DNA of 64,000 nt from Vicugna vicugna (GCA_013265495.1 MU057887.1:3933668-3997667), one strand, 5' to 3'. Positions 12,427-23,571 are shown, numbered from the stretch's first letter. Numbers and translations: made by a program. Notes: a model not told the origin generated them from the sequence alone.

Positions 12427-15400
12427 CTGCAGGGGCAGCAGTGGTCAGGGGCAGGCGACCTCCAAGTGCGGCTGGCCAAGGTTGGGCAGGGCTGGAAGGC
12501 ATCTCACCAGCCTCTCCCGAAGTTTCAAAACCAGGTCCACGACCTCCACCTCGGACTTGTCCTTCATCCAGATCTCAATGTTCTGCTGGGAATAAGGTGG
12601 GGCATCTATATCACCCAGGCCCTCCCCCAGCCCTGGGCCTGTGACCCCCCCCCAGCCCCCCTTACCGCCTCACAAATGGCCTCGAGGTGCAAGGCCTCCA
12701 GCTTCTGGGCCATCTCTTTGTGCCGCTGCCGGTACCAGCCATCAAAATGGGGGGACTTGAAAAACCGCCTGTGGGGGGCAAGGGGCAGCAGCTATGGGGC
12801 TGATCTTGTACACCAAGGGGTAGGCACAGCCACCAGCAGCAGGAGCCCCAGGACCCTGCCTGCTGTCCACCCACCTGTAGAGGCCCAGCCAGTCGCCCTT
12901 AAGCATGCAGGTGAGCTGGGGCCCTGAGTGCTCCAGGCTACGCAGGAAGTCATCCTGGCGGAAGGGGCGGATCTGGGGAGGGGTCTGAGACAAGGGCCAG
13001 GTGAGCCCAGGTGCCTGGGGGGAACTTGGCTGCTCAGGACTTTCCCCCAGGGCACTTCCCAGACTCACTCCTAGGCCACTCACCCTCCTGGGACAGATCC
13101 TAGGGTGGCCCTTCCCAGAGAGGAGGACCTTGAGCCCCTCCATGTGGCCCCATTTCTCTGTCCTGTGAGGGACACCTGGCAGGTGTGAGGACAGCCTGGC
13201 CCTGGGGGGGGCTCCCACCCACCCATGACCTCCCTCACTCCCCTCAGCCCCACCCCGGACCACACCTTCCAGGGCGTGATGCTCTTCTGCAGGGGCATGA
13301 GGCTGGCCATGTAGTGCTCCTGCGGGGGGAGGAGGGTAAGCCTGGGCCTCAGCCCCCCTCTACCGTGGCCCCCCTCCCCAGGCCTCACCAGAGGGATGAT
13401 GAAGCTCTGTGTCAGCTCCAGGAGGTGCCTCCTCAGCAGGGCGCTCAGCAGGTCTGAAGGCCGCTCCCTCTGCAGGCCCTGGGGGGGGAGGTGCGGGGGG
13501 GCAGCTGAGCCCGGAGCAGCCACAGCCTGGGCCCCCCTCACCCCCGCCCTCCCGCCCCCAACCTGCACCTTCAGCAGCCGTCTGAGCAGAGCCTTGTCTC
13601 GGTGGAGGTGGGCCGTGTATGCCGTGTAGAGGCCTGGGGAGGGCAGGGTAGCAGTGTGCTCTCCTGGGGAGGGGGGCACTCCCTTCGGGGTGCTGGCGCA
13701 TTGCCCACACCCACCTCACCCCAGTGCCTGCCCGGGTCCCGGGGGAGAGGGGCTCAGACCTGGCTTGGTGTCCAGGGTCTTCAGCCTTGAGGGCTTTTTC
13801 AGCTTGACCTGCTTAGGAAGGTCCCCTAGGAAACAAGCCCGAGGTGGGCCTCAGGGCCGCAGTTCTGCCTCAGGCTCAGACCCCTCACAGACTCCAGGGC
13901 AGAGGCCACACTCACCTGACATCCTGGGCTCCCCGATGCGGAGGATGTGGGGCCAATGCTGGAGTGTTTTGATAAAGAAAGGGTTTGTGACCCCCAGGAC
14001 CACGTTTGGTCTAGAGAGAGAGAGAGAGAGGAGGAGGAGGAGAAGGAGGAGGGAGGGGGAGGGGAGGCAGAGGCAGGAGGGCAGGCAGAGAGGGCTGTGC
14101 AGGAGGCTTACGGGGCCTGCGTGCGCGTCGTGAACTCCTTGAACTCACTGTCGTGGACGGTGAAGTAAGGGCGGTAGTCGCAGCAGAACTTGAGGGGCTG
14201 CAGGCAGCTGTGGGGCGGGGGCACAGCGGGGCAGTGAGCATGGCAGGGCTGGTCCAGAGCCCCTACTCCCCTCCCACTGCTGCCTGGCCCACCTGGTCAA
14301 GGCCAGCACCATCTCTGAGGACACGGCAGGTGAGGGTGCCAGGACCACCAGTGGCTCCCCGAGGAGCATGAGCTCCCACAGCATCTGCACGTGGGCCAGC
14401 ACGGGCTGGAAGCACCTGGGCCAGGCAAGGGTGTCGGGGGCCGCGCAAGGCTGGAGGCCCCCCAGCCCATGACCACCCCCCACCATGGGCACAGGCAGGC
14501 CCAGCTCGGGTGAACACCAGGCACCACACCAGAATAAAGACGGGGATGGGAAAGGATGTCTGAAGATACTGCCCCACACTCAGCTGGCCCACCTGTGTCG
14601 CCTGGCCCTGTGCCCCACATGTCTGAGGCTGGCAGCCCTGGCTCCCGCCGGGCCCAGCGCAGAACAGAACGGTCTCCAAAGGCAGAGCCCCTGGAGACTC
14701 TCCCAGAGTGGGCAGCATCAGGCAGTAAGTCTCCCAACATGCCACTCCCCTCCGGCACCCACCTGCCAGGACCTCACTTCCAGCCCAGAGTGCCCACTGC
14801 CTCTGGGTGCAGACCCTGGGACCCCGGGCTCTTCTGCGTGATTCTCCCCCACAGAACTGGCCAGGAGCTGACTCCTGCTGGGCCGAGCCCCCCACAGCTC
14901 CGCCCCCACCCCACAGGCCTGAGCCTTGCGGGCTGTCTGGTCAGTCATCTACTGGGGCAGCAGGCAGTGGCTGGCAGGGCTCACCTGAACAGGTCCAGTT
15001 CGTGGACACTGCTGAGGACCACGGGGGCTGGGAGCAGGTTCTGAGAAGAGGGGGCTGGGGTCAGGCTGAGGGCGAGGCTGGTGATCCACAGGCCTCAAGC
15101 AGCACCTCTCACCCCAGGGCAGCCCCTGTCCACATGCCTCCCAGCCCCACAGTGACAGCAGGGCCCCCGTGTCTCTGCCGGTGGGCCAGGGCAAGAGATG
15201 GTGGTGAGCTCCCAGCCCTACACTGGGACACAGGCCAACCTCAGGCCCTCAGCTGGTGGGATGGGGAGGCCCAAGTGAGTGGAGAATTGAGGCAAGTTTA
15301 GTGCCACTGGCCCAGGAGCGGGGGCTCCCACCTCATGGCCGCACTGCTTTGGAGGACTGGATTCTGGCTTGTCTGCCCTGGATGGGATGTGCACCTGGGG

Positions 15401-18400
15401 ACCAAGGAAGCAGCTGCCAGTGGGAGTGGGTATCTACATGCACCTGGGCCTTCCCACCCCTGCCAGCCAGCCCTTACCTGGAGGACGACTCCCATGACAG
15501 GCAGGTTCAGGGTCTGCCCAGGCATGGGGGCTGGCCACTGGTCAATCTCACTGCACACTGTGAACACAGGTGGCCAGGGTCAGGGGCCTGCCCCGAGAGG
15601 ACGCTGCCTGCCAAAGCTGCTGAGGCTACAGCCAGGATGACGGGACCGCTCCGGTCGCACCTGACAGCCACTCACCCGCTTCCAGACAGGGCACCAGCTT
15701 GTCGAAGTACTCAGGGGCAATCAGGCTCAGCAGTGCCTGGAAGAGCCGGACAAAGGGCAGGCGGGACACCAGCACCAGAGACTGCAGGGCCCAAAGGCCG
15801 GTGAGACGTCACCTCGGCCACTCAGGACCCTGCAGGGACCTCTGAGACCTGGCTCATCCAGAGTCCGCCCAGGGCAGGACGTCCTACCTACTCCATAGCA
15901 CAGCTGTCCCCAGGAATTTGGGACTCTGGGGTTATTAGAAAACCCCAATGACAGCAGGGCGGGGCAGGACCCCAGCCTTCAGAGGGGAATGCACGTGGCC
16001 AAGATTTCTGGGATGATCTCCCACGGGTCAAACAAGAGTGTCTTTTGGTGTTTGAGTTCAAGACTGAAGTTGTCCTAATCTTGAAAGGGTGATGAGGGCC
16101 GCCCTCCCACCAGCAGCAAGGGACAGGGATGTCCTGGGCCCAGACACAGAGCTGTGGGTGCTGTTCTGGGCGAGGATGGGGCAGCAGGGCCTACTGCCCT
16201 GGCAGCTCAGTGGCAGTCCCTCCCTGTGGCTGCTGGCCCCCGCCTCCCTGCAGCACCACCTCAGAATGGCCAGGGGCTCACCTTCTGGAAGTAGCCCCTC
16301 TTCACGGAGCTGTCCTTCACTTGTCTGAAGTACACGTAGCCAAAGTAGTGTGCAGCCTCCCTCTGGAAGGAGTGGTGTCGGCCAGGCCCTACCCACTGCC
16401 CAGGCTTCCTCCTGCCCGCCTGGACCCAGCCATGGGGTCAGGCCTGGGAGTCGTGGCCCAGAAGGCGGGCAACTCCTCTTTGAGGGACGTCTCCACAGAC
16501 ACAGTGGTGAGCAGTCTGGGGGCTGGGCACATCTGGAGACTTCTGCTGGCCTCCACACACCAAGCCATACCCTGGTGCACACCTGGTGCACTGGAAAAGC
16601 TCCAGGGACCCTGGCAAGTCCTCAGAAGGGCTGCCCCCCCCAAATCAAGGCCAGGCTGCTGGGCCCAGCTTTCAGCAGTTGGAGACCCTCTCCCGCCACA
16701 CAGCCAGACGCCTTGAAGGGGCTACTCGTACCCGCCTGACCCTGGCCCACAAGGAGAGGCAGCCCTGGCCCACCTGCAGAGACACGGGGACCCCGCTGTC
16801 ACCGTGCCTGTCATCTGCGTGCCAGAGGTGCCGCTGCCCTCCACACTGACGAATGCGGAAGCTGAACTGAGTGTCCCCGAGGCAGCCTGGGGAGGGAGGT
16901 GGTCCCCTTAAGCTGTGTCAGGTTGGACCCTCTCCTGCCAGTGTGCGGGGGCAGGGGACCAGGGGTGGAGGGGTTGGCCTCTGCTGGGCTGTAAACGCCT
17001 CAGAGAGAAAGCCCAGCCCTCTGGGTCTGCATCTGCCAACCGGGGTCCCTGCATCCTGATTCCTGCACCTGAGGGTTCACATTCAGTGCGTGGAATGGCA
17101 CCTGCAGTGTGCACAAGCGCCGGCGGGGGGCCCGAGATCTCAGCGTGGGCCGGCTTAGTCTGCCTGGGATGGAAGCCAGGCTGCCAGGGCACCTGAGCCC
17201 GGTAAGGAGCAGCAGCTGGGCCCCAGCTCCTGGTGGCCCCTCTGGTGAAGGAGACCACAGCCTGCTGGTCCCTCTTCCAGAGATATGTCTCCCCATAGGA
17301 CCCAGGGGAGCCTGGCCGCCCTGCTGCAGCTGGGGATCTGGGAGTCTCTACAAAGCTGAGGGTAGGGCAGGTGCTCACTGTGCAGGCCTGGCCTCCTCTC
17401 CCCCGGCCCCAGAGCCCACCTCCAGGTGGGAGGGTTGGGATTGCCTACCTGAGTGGGAGTCGGGAAAGGACAAGTAGCAGATGCTACTTTTCTGAAACAC
17501 AGGAAACCGGGTGAGGGCCTGCTCCCCAGGCGATGTCCGTTCCCAAAGGGCAGGACCCACCTCCTTGTCCGTGAGCCGGGAGTCGCTGGGGTACACCAGC
17601 TGTGGGGGACAGAGACTCAGTCGTGCGGCTGGGCGGGTTTGGAGCAGCAGGCGTGTCCCCTTACGCCCTGCCCCACACCCCAGCACTGCCCCACACCCCT
17701 CCCCTCCAGCTCCCTGCTGACCCTGCCCCTCCTCTCCTCTGGGGCCCCCCACCTCCCCAGGACCTTCTCAGCGGGAGGCCAGCACACACCTGGGCGAGAT
17801 CCCAGATTCCCTTCTCACACTCTTGCCCTCAACGCCACTCGTCTGAACTGTGGCACGGGGCCCCGGCCTCCAGGTGTGGGAAGTCTGTCTGAAGCTGTGC
17901 CATTCCTTGGGCCCACTCCCTCAGACTGGGCCTGGCCAGTCTTTACTCAGAAGTCATGGGCACTGGCCTCCCTGTCTCTGAGCATCTTCACCCCAACCCT
18001 CTTAGTCAGGGGTCTGGGGGCTTCCGGCCTGTGCCCCATTCAGAGTGGGCCCGGGAGAGCACCCTGGGTCCCAGCAGTGTGCAGTGTGACCAGCTGGACA
18101 AGCTTTACACTCCCCAGGCATGAAAGCGCAGGCTGAGTGATCCGGGAGACGGCCTTCTCTGGGGGAGGTGGGTAGGAGGCCCAGGCGGCACCCAGCCCAA
18201 CAGCTCCGTACACGGGCCAACGGCCAGAATGGATTTCCTTGCAGGAAAATAAAAAGGCAGGAGCTTCCAGAGCCCTCACTCTCCACGGGTCCCCAGGTGT
18301 TTCCTTAGGAGCTGGTGGACCCTGGGTGTCTCCGTTGCCCTGGTCTGCTTGGATGCAATGGGCTGGCTGTCCCAGGAAGTGGCCGTGCCTGCCGGGAGCC

Positions 18401-21400
18401 CATGCAGCCCAGGAGCTGAGGGCCTGTATGCATGGGCCCCTCCTCCCTCCATCTGCCAAACTCCTATGCTGAGGAGGAGTTGGGTTTTAGCTGCAATGAG
18501 GCTTCTTCTGGGGTGTGCCCTGAACCCCTAGATGGTGAAGTGCTGCATCCTGGGATTTGCACGGTTGGAATGATGCGGCTTCTGCCCTTGTTTGCTCTGG
18601 GCTCGCTGCTAGGGTCCTGTTGTCTCCTCTGCTGCACACCACACATCCCGAGGACAGGGACTGGGCCCTGGTACTTTTGCCTCCCAGCCCCTGGTGGGGA
18701 GCAGACCCTTACCAGACACTGTATAGGCACACTTTGCTGTACTGTGCTTCACAGACGTTGCGTTTTTTTACAAATTAAAGATTTGTTGCAACCCTGTGAC
18801 CAGCAAGTCTATTGGTGCCACTTTTCCAACAGCATTTGCTCAGTTTGTGTCTGCATCACATTCTGGAAATTTTTGCAACATTTCAAACTTTCTCATTATA
18901 TTTGTTACAGTGACCTGTGATCAGCGATTTTTGATGTTACTATACTGCAAAAAGATAATGACTTGCTAAAGGTTCAAATGATAGCGTTTTTTAGCAAGAA
19001 AGCATTTGTTTTCCTATTTTTTGGTGGGGGGAGATAATTAGGTTTATTTATTTGTTTGTTTGTTTATTTATTTATCTATTTATTTATATTTATTTATGCT
19101 AAGCACACACTCTACCACTGGGCTATGCCTTCCCTGAAACATCACTTCTATACTTCCTTTTTTTTTTACTATTACCACGTTTAATAAAATTAACAATAAT
19201 TCCTTAACATCATCTAATACCCAATCCATATTCAAACTCCCCAGCAGTCTCAACAAATGCCTTTTTTAACAGCTGATTTTTCGGAATCAGGATCTAACAA
19301 CTTTTATATTTCCTAGCACATTTGTGTGACTTGCTTTATTGCAGGGGTCTGAAAACAAACCCGCAGCATCTCTGAGGTGTGCCTGTATTTGCAGAATGTA
19401 TGAAAACACGCCTATAAAGTATAATGAACAGGTGGATCATGTGGAAACCTCAAGATGTCAGCTAAGGAGGCACCGAGGAAGAAGGGGAGCCAGCCACTGT
19501 TTGTGCAGCTGGACCCACAGAGGTTCTGGGATGGCTCCTACTTGGGCCACGCCCCTGTGTGTTGTGTTGAGGAGAGTGGAGGAAAGGTAGATGCCTGGCA
19601 GCCAGGGCAGGGCCACAAAGGGCCCTCGGTGCTGAGGTCGGGCACTGAATCTGGTCTGCAGCCGCAGGAGTCTCGTAGCATCTGAGCAGGCCCCACATCC
19701 ATGTCCAGGGTCTCCATGTCCAGGGGCTGGAAGCAGAGGCCAGAAGGGAGGCCATGCCCTGGCAAGGTAAGAAATGGCGCAGCCCTTGGAGAGAGGCAGA
19801 GGGCAGGAGGCTGTTCAGTGAACCCTGCCCCCGGGCCCGTGGAAGTCCCGTCCTTTCCACCGAGCCGGGCACGCAGGCTGCTGCTCCTGTAACCCAGTCG
19901 TCCCTGAGGAAGAGATGCGTGAGCTCTGCTTTCAGGTGCCTCCAGGGAAGTGCCTCTTAAAGTGTGGTGTGGGTCCCTGGCTCCTGGAGGTCCAACTGCC
20001 TTTCCCACTCCCGTCTCCTTGCTGTGTGTACCTTCTAGACGCTGTGACACAGGCCGTCGAGGGGTAGCCCTGAAGCCAATGGGAGAATCCAGCTGCCTGC
20101 TATTTGGCCAGATGTTAGTAAGGGTTGTAGAAGTGTCAAATAATGCCACTCTCCTAAGTTTGTTATTGAAAACATGGTTGTTTTGTGGAAGTATTCATAG
20201 TTCTATTAATATGTAAGGTATTTGTGTTTTCACAGTAGATTAATAAGTGTTTTTAAATTCTCTCAGGACTCCTGGAGGGCCGGGCCCTGTCTTCTTGTGC
20301 AGCTGTGTCCCTGTGTCCAGCACCAACAGTGCTGGGCCTGGCTGGTGGCAGCTGCTCAGTACTTGACTTATTGAATAAACGAATGGACAGCTCCTTGCCT
20401 TTGCTTTTGCTGGCCTTTTCAGGGGAAGGGTTCCTGCAACAGCCCCCTCTCCCCTGTCCAGCTGCCTCCCTCTCATCCTCCAAGATCTGGCCCAGCCCCA
20501 TCCCTTCCTCTCAGCTGTGTCTGTCCCTGAAGTCTCAGTGATCCATGAGCCCCTGGAAGGCAGTCCCTGGTCTTCTGTCACATCCCAGCACCAAGGGCAG
20601 CGCCAGAGCCTTCGTGGTGCTCAGTCAGGCCCAGCCCTGCATAAGTGAGTGCAGGGCAAGTGCTCCCTGAACGCCTGTGGTTTCGGCTGAAGCGAACCTG
20701 ATCTTCCCCATGATTTCCAGGGGAGGGAGAAACGGCAAGGATGAGGGCTGCGTGGTCGCAAGGCCTGATTTCTGCAGACTTGACGATGAGGGGGTCCCTG
20801 GGTGACACCTTCCCAGCTATACAGCCTCAGCCAAAGCTCAGAAGCCCAAGCACACGGATCTCTTAAGAATTCTTGCTTGAATGGTTATGTTCCAGAAAAT
20901 TACACATGAGAGAATGCCTTAAGGAAACAGTGGGCTCTCTCCTCCTGTGATTTTACTGGGAACAATCTGGGCACCGGTAAGATGGCGACGGGCTCTGTGA
21001 TGTTGGGCAAATCACCTCACCTCTCTGTGCTCAAGTCCCTCTGGCGAGCAGGGCTGTCACAGTAGCGCACGCCAGGTGGGGACAGGTGGGAATGAATGGG
21101 GTCTCCACAGAGAGCTGGGCAGTGTCAGCCCTTTCTGTTTATGAGACTTGGGCTTCCCCTGGCCTCACAGAGTTCAGCTAGGCCTTGGAAAACACCCCTC
21201 ATCTTGACGTTGGCTTTCCCAACAAAGGTGGATCAACCTCATCGTTGCCAACTGCAGTCACAGGACCCACCGCCTCTTGGGCTCTCAGAAAGTTCCTTCA
21301 CCGGTGTGACGTCTATCTCCCAGCCTCCCTTGCACCAATCAGCTCCAGGGTCTGTGTCATGGCCTTCAGGGCAGGCGGAAGGCCTCACTCCCTGAGTCTC

Positions 21401-22177
21401 ACATTTCCACTTAGACCCACTTGGGTGGGGGGTGGGGAAGTTTTGCAGGCAGAGGGAACATCCCAGGCTGGCTGGGCTGAGTGTGGCCAGTCAACAGAAG
21501 GATGACCACTGTGGCTGGAATGTGACCCCAACGGGTCTGGATGTGATTCTAAGTGAACAAGAAAATGTCTAAAGATTTTAAGCAGGAGAGCCACAAAGGG
21601 TGGACTTCCGGGAACAGCTGAAAAGGCAATGGAACTGAGATCCCTGCTGGAGGTGGAGCTGTCAGTCTTGTCCACGGATGGATGTGGGGTGGAGGGAGGG
21701 GGAGTCAGGAGTGACCCCTGGGATTCTGGCTGGAGTAGCTGAGGGGAGAAGGTATTGTGGCTAGTGTGAGGACAGATTTTTATTGGGGAAAAAAATCAGG
21801 AGTACCACTTTGGCTACCCAAAGCGCAGGGCTCCTCTCGCCGCCCTCCCAGCCGGAGGTCTTGGCTACTGGCCTTTCATTCCTTTGCTGGGGCGCAGCTT
21901 TTCGGGGATGACCGGTGCAGGATTTCGGAGATGGAGAGGCCATCGGGGGGCCTGCCGGGGGTACCTCACACGCACAGGAGGGCCCGCCCTCCCCGGCCCC
22001 GCCGCGCCCCCTCACCTCCAGCGCCTGGCCCAGCTCCAGGTCGAAGGTGACCACGCACACGCACTCCAGCCAGGCCGAGAAGCGCGCCCAGGGCGCCCCC
22101 GGAGCCCGCGTCGCGGAGGACGGCGCGCCGGGGCGGCCGCGAGCCGGGTGAGGCGCTGCACCGGGCCCAGCGTCCAT
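12304..22177 (-). CDS. DENND6B: DENN domain-containing protein 6B (FAM116B; Rab GEF family), complete 20-exon CDS, 580 aa
   Basis: Manual splice: complement(join(12304..12426,12508..12582,12666..12768,12875..12984,13266..13319,13389..13478,13569..13633,13760..13825,13916..14010,14112..14207,14293..14415,14985..15040,15332..15394,15478..15557,15676..15781,16282..16362,16774..16886,17449..17491,17561..17599,22016..22177)). This totals 1743 nt with all GT-AG introns, consistent phases and no internal stop. The peptide ([26 protein letters not shown]...[13 protein letters not shown]) is recognisable as DENND6B. Confidence 0.97.
12508..12582 (-). CDS. DENND6B: DENND6B exon 19
   Basis: [31 protein letters not shown] acceptor, so the alternative start is 12585. 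Confidence 0.92.
12666..12768 (-). CDS. DENND6B: DENND6B exon 18
   Basis: [34 protein letters not shown]. Confidence 0.95.
12875..12984 (-). CDS. DENND6B: DENND6B exon 17
   Basis: [36 protein letters not shown](R). Confidence 0.95.
13266..13319 (-). CDS. DENND6B: DENND6B exon 16
   Basis: [18 protein letters not shown]. Confidence 0.95.
13389..13478 (-). CDS. DENND6B: DENND6B exon 15
   Basis: [30 protein letters not shown]. Confidence 0.95.
13569..13633 (-). CDS. DENND6B: DENND6B exon 14
   Basis: [21 protein letters not shown]. Confidence 0.92.
13760..13825 (-). CDS. DENND6B: DENND6B exon 13
   Basis: [21 protein letters not shown]. Confidence 0.94.
13916..14010 (-). CDS. DENND6B: DENND6B exon 12
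   Basis: [31 protein letters not shown]; contains the LGVTNPFF motif. Confidence 0.95.
14013..14092. repeat. (GA)n/(GGA)n purine tract, forming an extended polypyrimidine tract before DENND6B exon 12
   Basis: agagagagagagagagaggaggaggaggagaaggagg... Confidence 0.9.
14112..14207 (-). CDS. DENND6B: DENND6B exon 11
   Basis: [31 protein letters not shown]. Confidence 0.95.
14293..14415 (-). CDS. DENND6B: DENND6B exon 10
   Basis: [40 protein letters not shown]. Confidence 0.95.
14985..15040 (-). CDS. DENND6B: DENND6B exon 9
   Basis: [18 protein letters not shown](R). Confidence 0.94.
15332..15394 (-). CDS. DENND6B: DENND6B exon 8
   Basis: [21 protein letters not shown]. Confidence 0.92.
15478..15557 (-). 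CDS. DENND6B: DENND6B exon 7
   Basis: [27 protein letters not shown]. Confidence 0.95.
15676..15781 (-). CDS. DENND6B: DENND6B exon 6
   Basis: [35 protein letters not shown]. Confidence 0.95.
16282..16362 (-). CDS. DENND6B: DENND6B exon 5
   Basis: [27 protein letters not shown]. Confidence 0.95.
16774..16886 (-). CDS. DENND6B: DENND6B exon 4
   Basis: [37 protein letters not shown]. Confidence 0.94.
17449..17491 (-). CDS. DENND6B: DENND6B exon 3
   Basis: [14 protein letters not shown](G); AG/GT flanks. Confidence 0.95.
17561..17599 (-). CDS. DENND6B: DENND6B exon 2
   Basis: [13 protein letters not shown]; cacag| and |gtgggt. Confidence 0.93.
18724..19385 (+). mobile_element. Internally deleted Tigger1-type DNA transposon, interrupted
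   Basis: TA|taggcac...gaggtgtgcctg|TA ends; the body resembles the Tigger1 consensus (tttacaaattaaagatttgttgcaaccctg...). Confidence 0.8.
19010..19134 (-). mobile_element. tRNA-derived SINE (camelid Vic-1-like), internally deleted
   Basis: gctaagcacacactctaccactgggctatgccttccc head plus taattaggtttattta tail; the B-box segment is missing. Confidence 0.75.
22016..22177 (-). CDS. DENND6B: DENND6B coding exon 1
   Basis: GCCGCCATGG Kozak; MDAGPG...[10 protein letters not shown]; donor GAG|GTGAGG. Confidence 0.95.
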
Positions 22178-22210
22178 GGCGGCAGCTGCAGGGCAGGGCG
22201 CGCGCTGCCC

Positions 22211-22266
22211 GGGAACGGCCGCGCGTTGTCGGGGGAACGGCCGCGCGTTGTCGGGGGAACGGCCGC
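22211..22266. repeat. 22-bp tandem repeat (about 2.5 copies) at the DENND6B 5' end
   Basis: gggaacggccgcgcgttgtcgg at 22211 and 22233, partial copy at 22255. Confidence 0.95.
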
Positions 22267-22784
22267 AGGCGGCGGCCTGAGCTCACACGGGCCGCGCAGT
22301 CGAGCGGCCGCCGCGGACCAGAGCGGCTCACGCAGCCGCGGCCTCGCACGCCCCTGGCGGCCGGAGGAGCGCCCTGCGGCGGAGCGGAGCCCTACTCACC
22401 AACGAGAAGGGCCTGCTGGCGCAGAGCGGCCCCGCGCCTGGAGAAGGGACTTCCGATGGGGCGTGTGGCCCGAGCAGGGGCGGGTTAGGCCGGGGTCGCC
22501 CGCGGCCGGGCCGGGGCGAGGCTGGGTGCCCCACCTCCGGCCAGCTCTCCTAACCAGAGTTCTTCGCTACTGATCTCCCTTTCCTCCGCCGTCACACACG
22601 GCTCCGCACCTCCTTCGAGTCTCCTGCCTGGGGTCGCCCCCCTCCCCCCGTGGGGGTCCCGCGGAGGGTGTCACGTCCTGCGTTTGTGTCTATTTTCTGA
22701 GGAGGAGGTAATTAGGTTTCTTCATTGATTTCCGCTTGGAGGAGGTATACAGCACTTTTGCCTACAGTCTATGGGCCGAAACTA

Positions 22785-23069
22785 GTCAGAGAAGGCAGTA
22801 TGTCAAGGGAACCAGAGAGAAACTGGTAGATGCCACACAGCTGGGAAGATGGAGGAAGGGACCATGAGCCAAGGAATGCAGGAGGCCTCCAGAAGCTAGA
22901 ACAGGCAAGGAACATCCTCCCCTAAAGCCTCCAGAAGGAAGGCAGTTTTGCTGACACCTTGATTTTAGCCCCGGAAAAGTTCAGAATTCTCACGTCCAGA
23001 ACTGTAAGATAATAAATGTGCATTGTTTCAAGCCACTGAGTTTTTGGTAATATGAAAGTAACACATACG
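22785..23069 (+). mobile_element. MLT1-type (MaLR) LTR fragment
   Basis: gaagatggaggaagggaccatgagccaaggaatgcag...ccagaactgtaagataataaatgtg. Confidence 0.8.
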
Positions 23070-23214
23070 ATATGCAGTCTTTTCTTTCTGGTTCCTTCAC
23101 TTAGAGTAATATTTTTGAGCTTTATCCATGTTGTTGCCTATATCAGTGGTCTGTTCCTTCTTATGAATAGTATTCCATTGTCCGGGTAGGTGACATTTTC
23201 TTTACCCACCACAG

Positions 23215-23571
23215 TGTAATTATTTAAAGAAACCTCAGATAAAGTTGGAGTCAGGACAGGCCTGTAGGAGGCTCACCCATGCCCCCCATGCATCCTCAGG
23301 AAACAGGAAGACGTGTGTCTGGGTTCCCAGCCAGTCAGAGGCTGTCACAGCCCAATCAATGGGAAGCCTCCAATGAATCTTTAGTTATCACAACCCCTCC
23401 GAACTCCTCATTTTTCCCTGGAAAAGCAACCCCTCTTGGTCCTTGTTTTCTGAATTTGCCTGTGATCTTCCATAGTTTCCACATACTGAGTTGCAATTCT
23501 TCTGGCTATTCCTGAATAAACTTGCTTTTGCTGGTAAAATAACTGGCTCTATTATATTATTAAAGTTGACA
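23215..23571 (+). mobile_element. Solo ERV1-type LTR (MER34-like) inserted in L1
   Basis: TGT...ACA ends with an AATAAA near 23515; the L1 sequence resumes on both sides. Confidence 0.65.

Larger units (their letters stand above)
21880..22680 (-). promoter_or_regulatory. DENND6B: CpG-island promoter of DENND6B
   Basis: Dense CpG and GC boxes (ggggcgg) surrounding exon 1. Confidence 0.85.

Noticed and set aside
12099..12927. 181-aa and 256-aa plus-strand ORFs
   Set aside because: They are antisense shadows of DENND6B exons 17-20 and its GC-rich introns.
22211..22266. Direct repeats as a CRISPR-like array
   Set aside because: The units are contiguous with no spacers and the context is eukaryotic.
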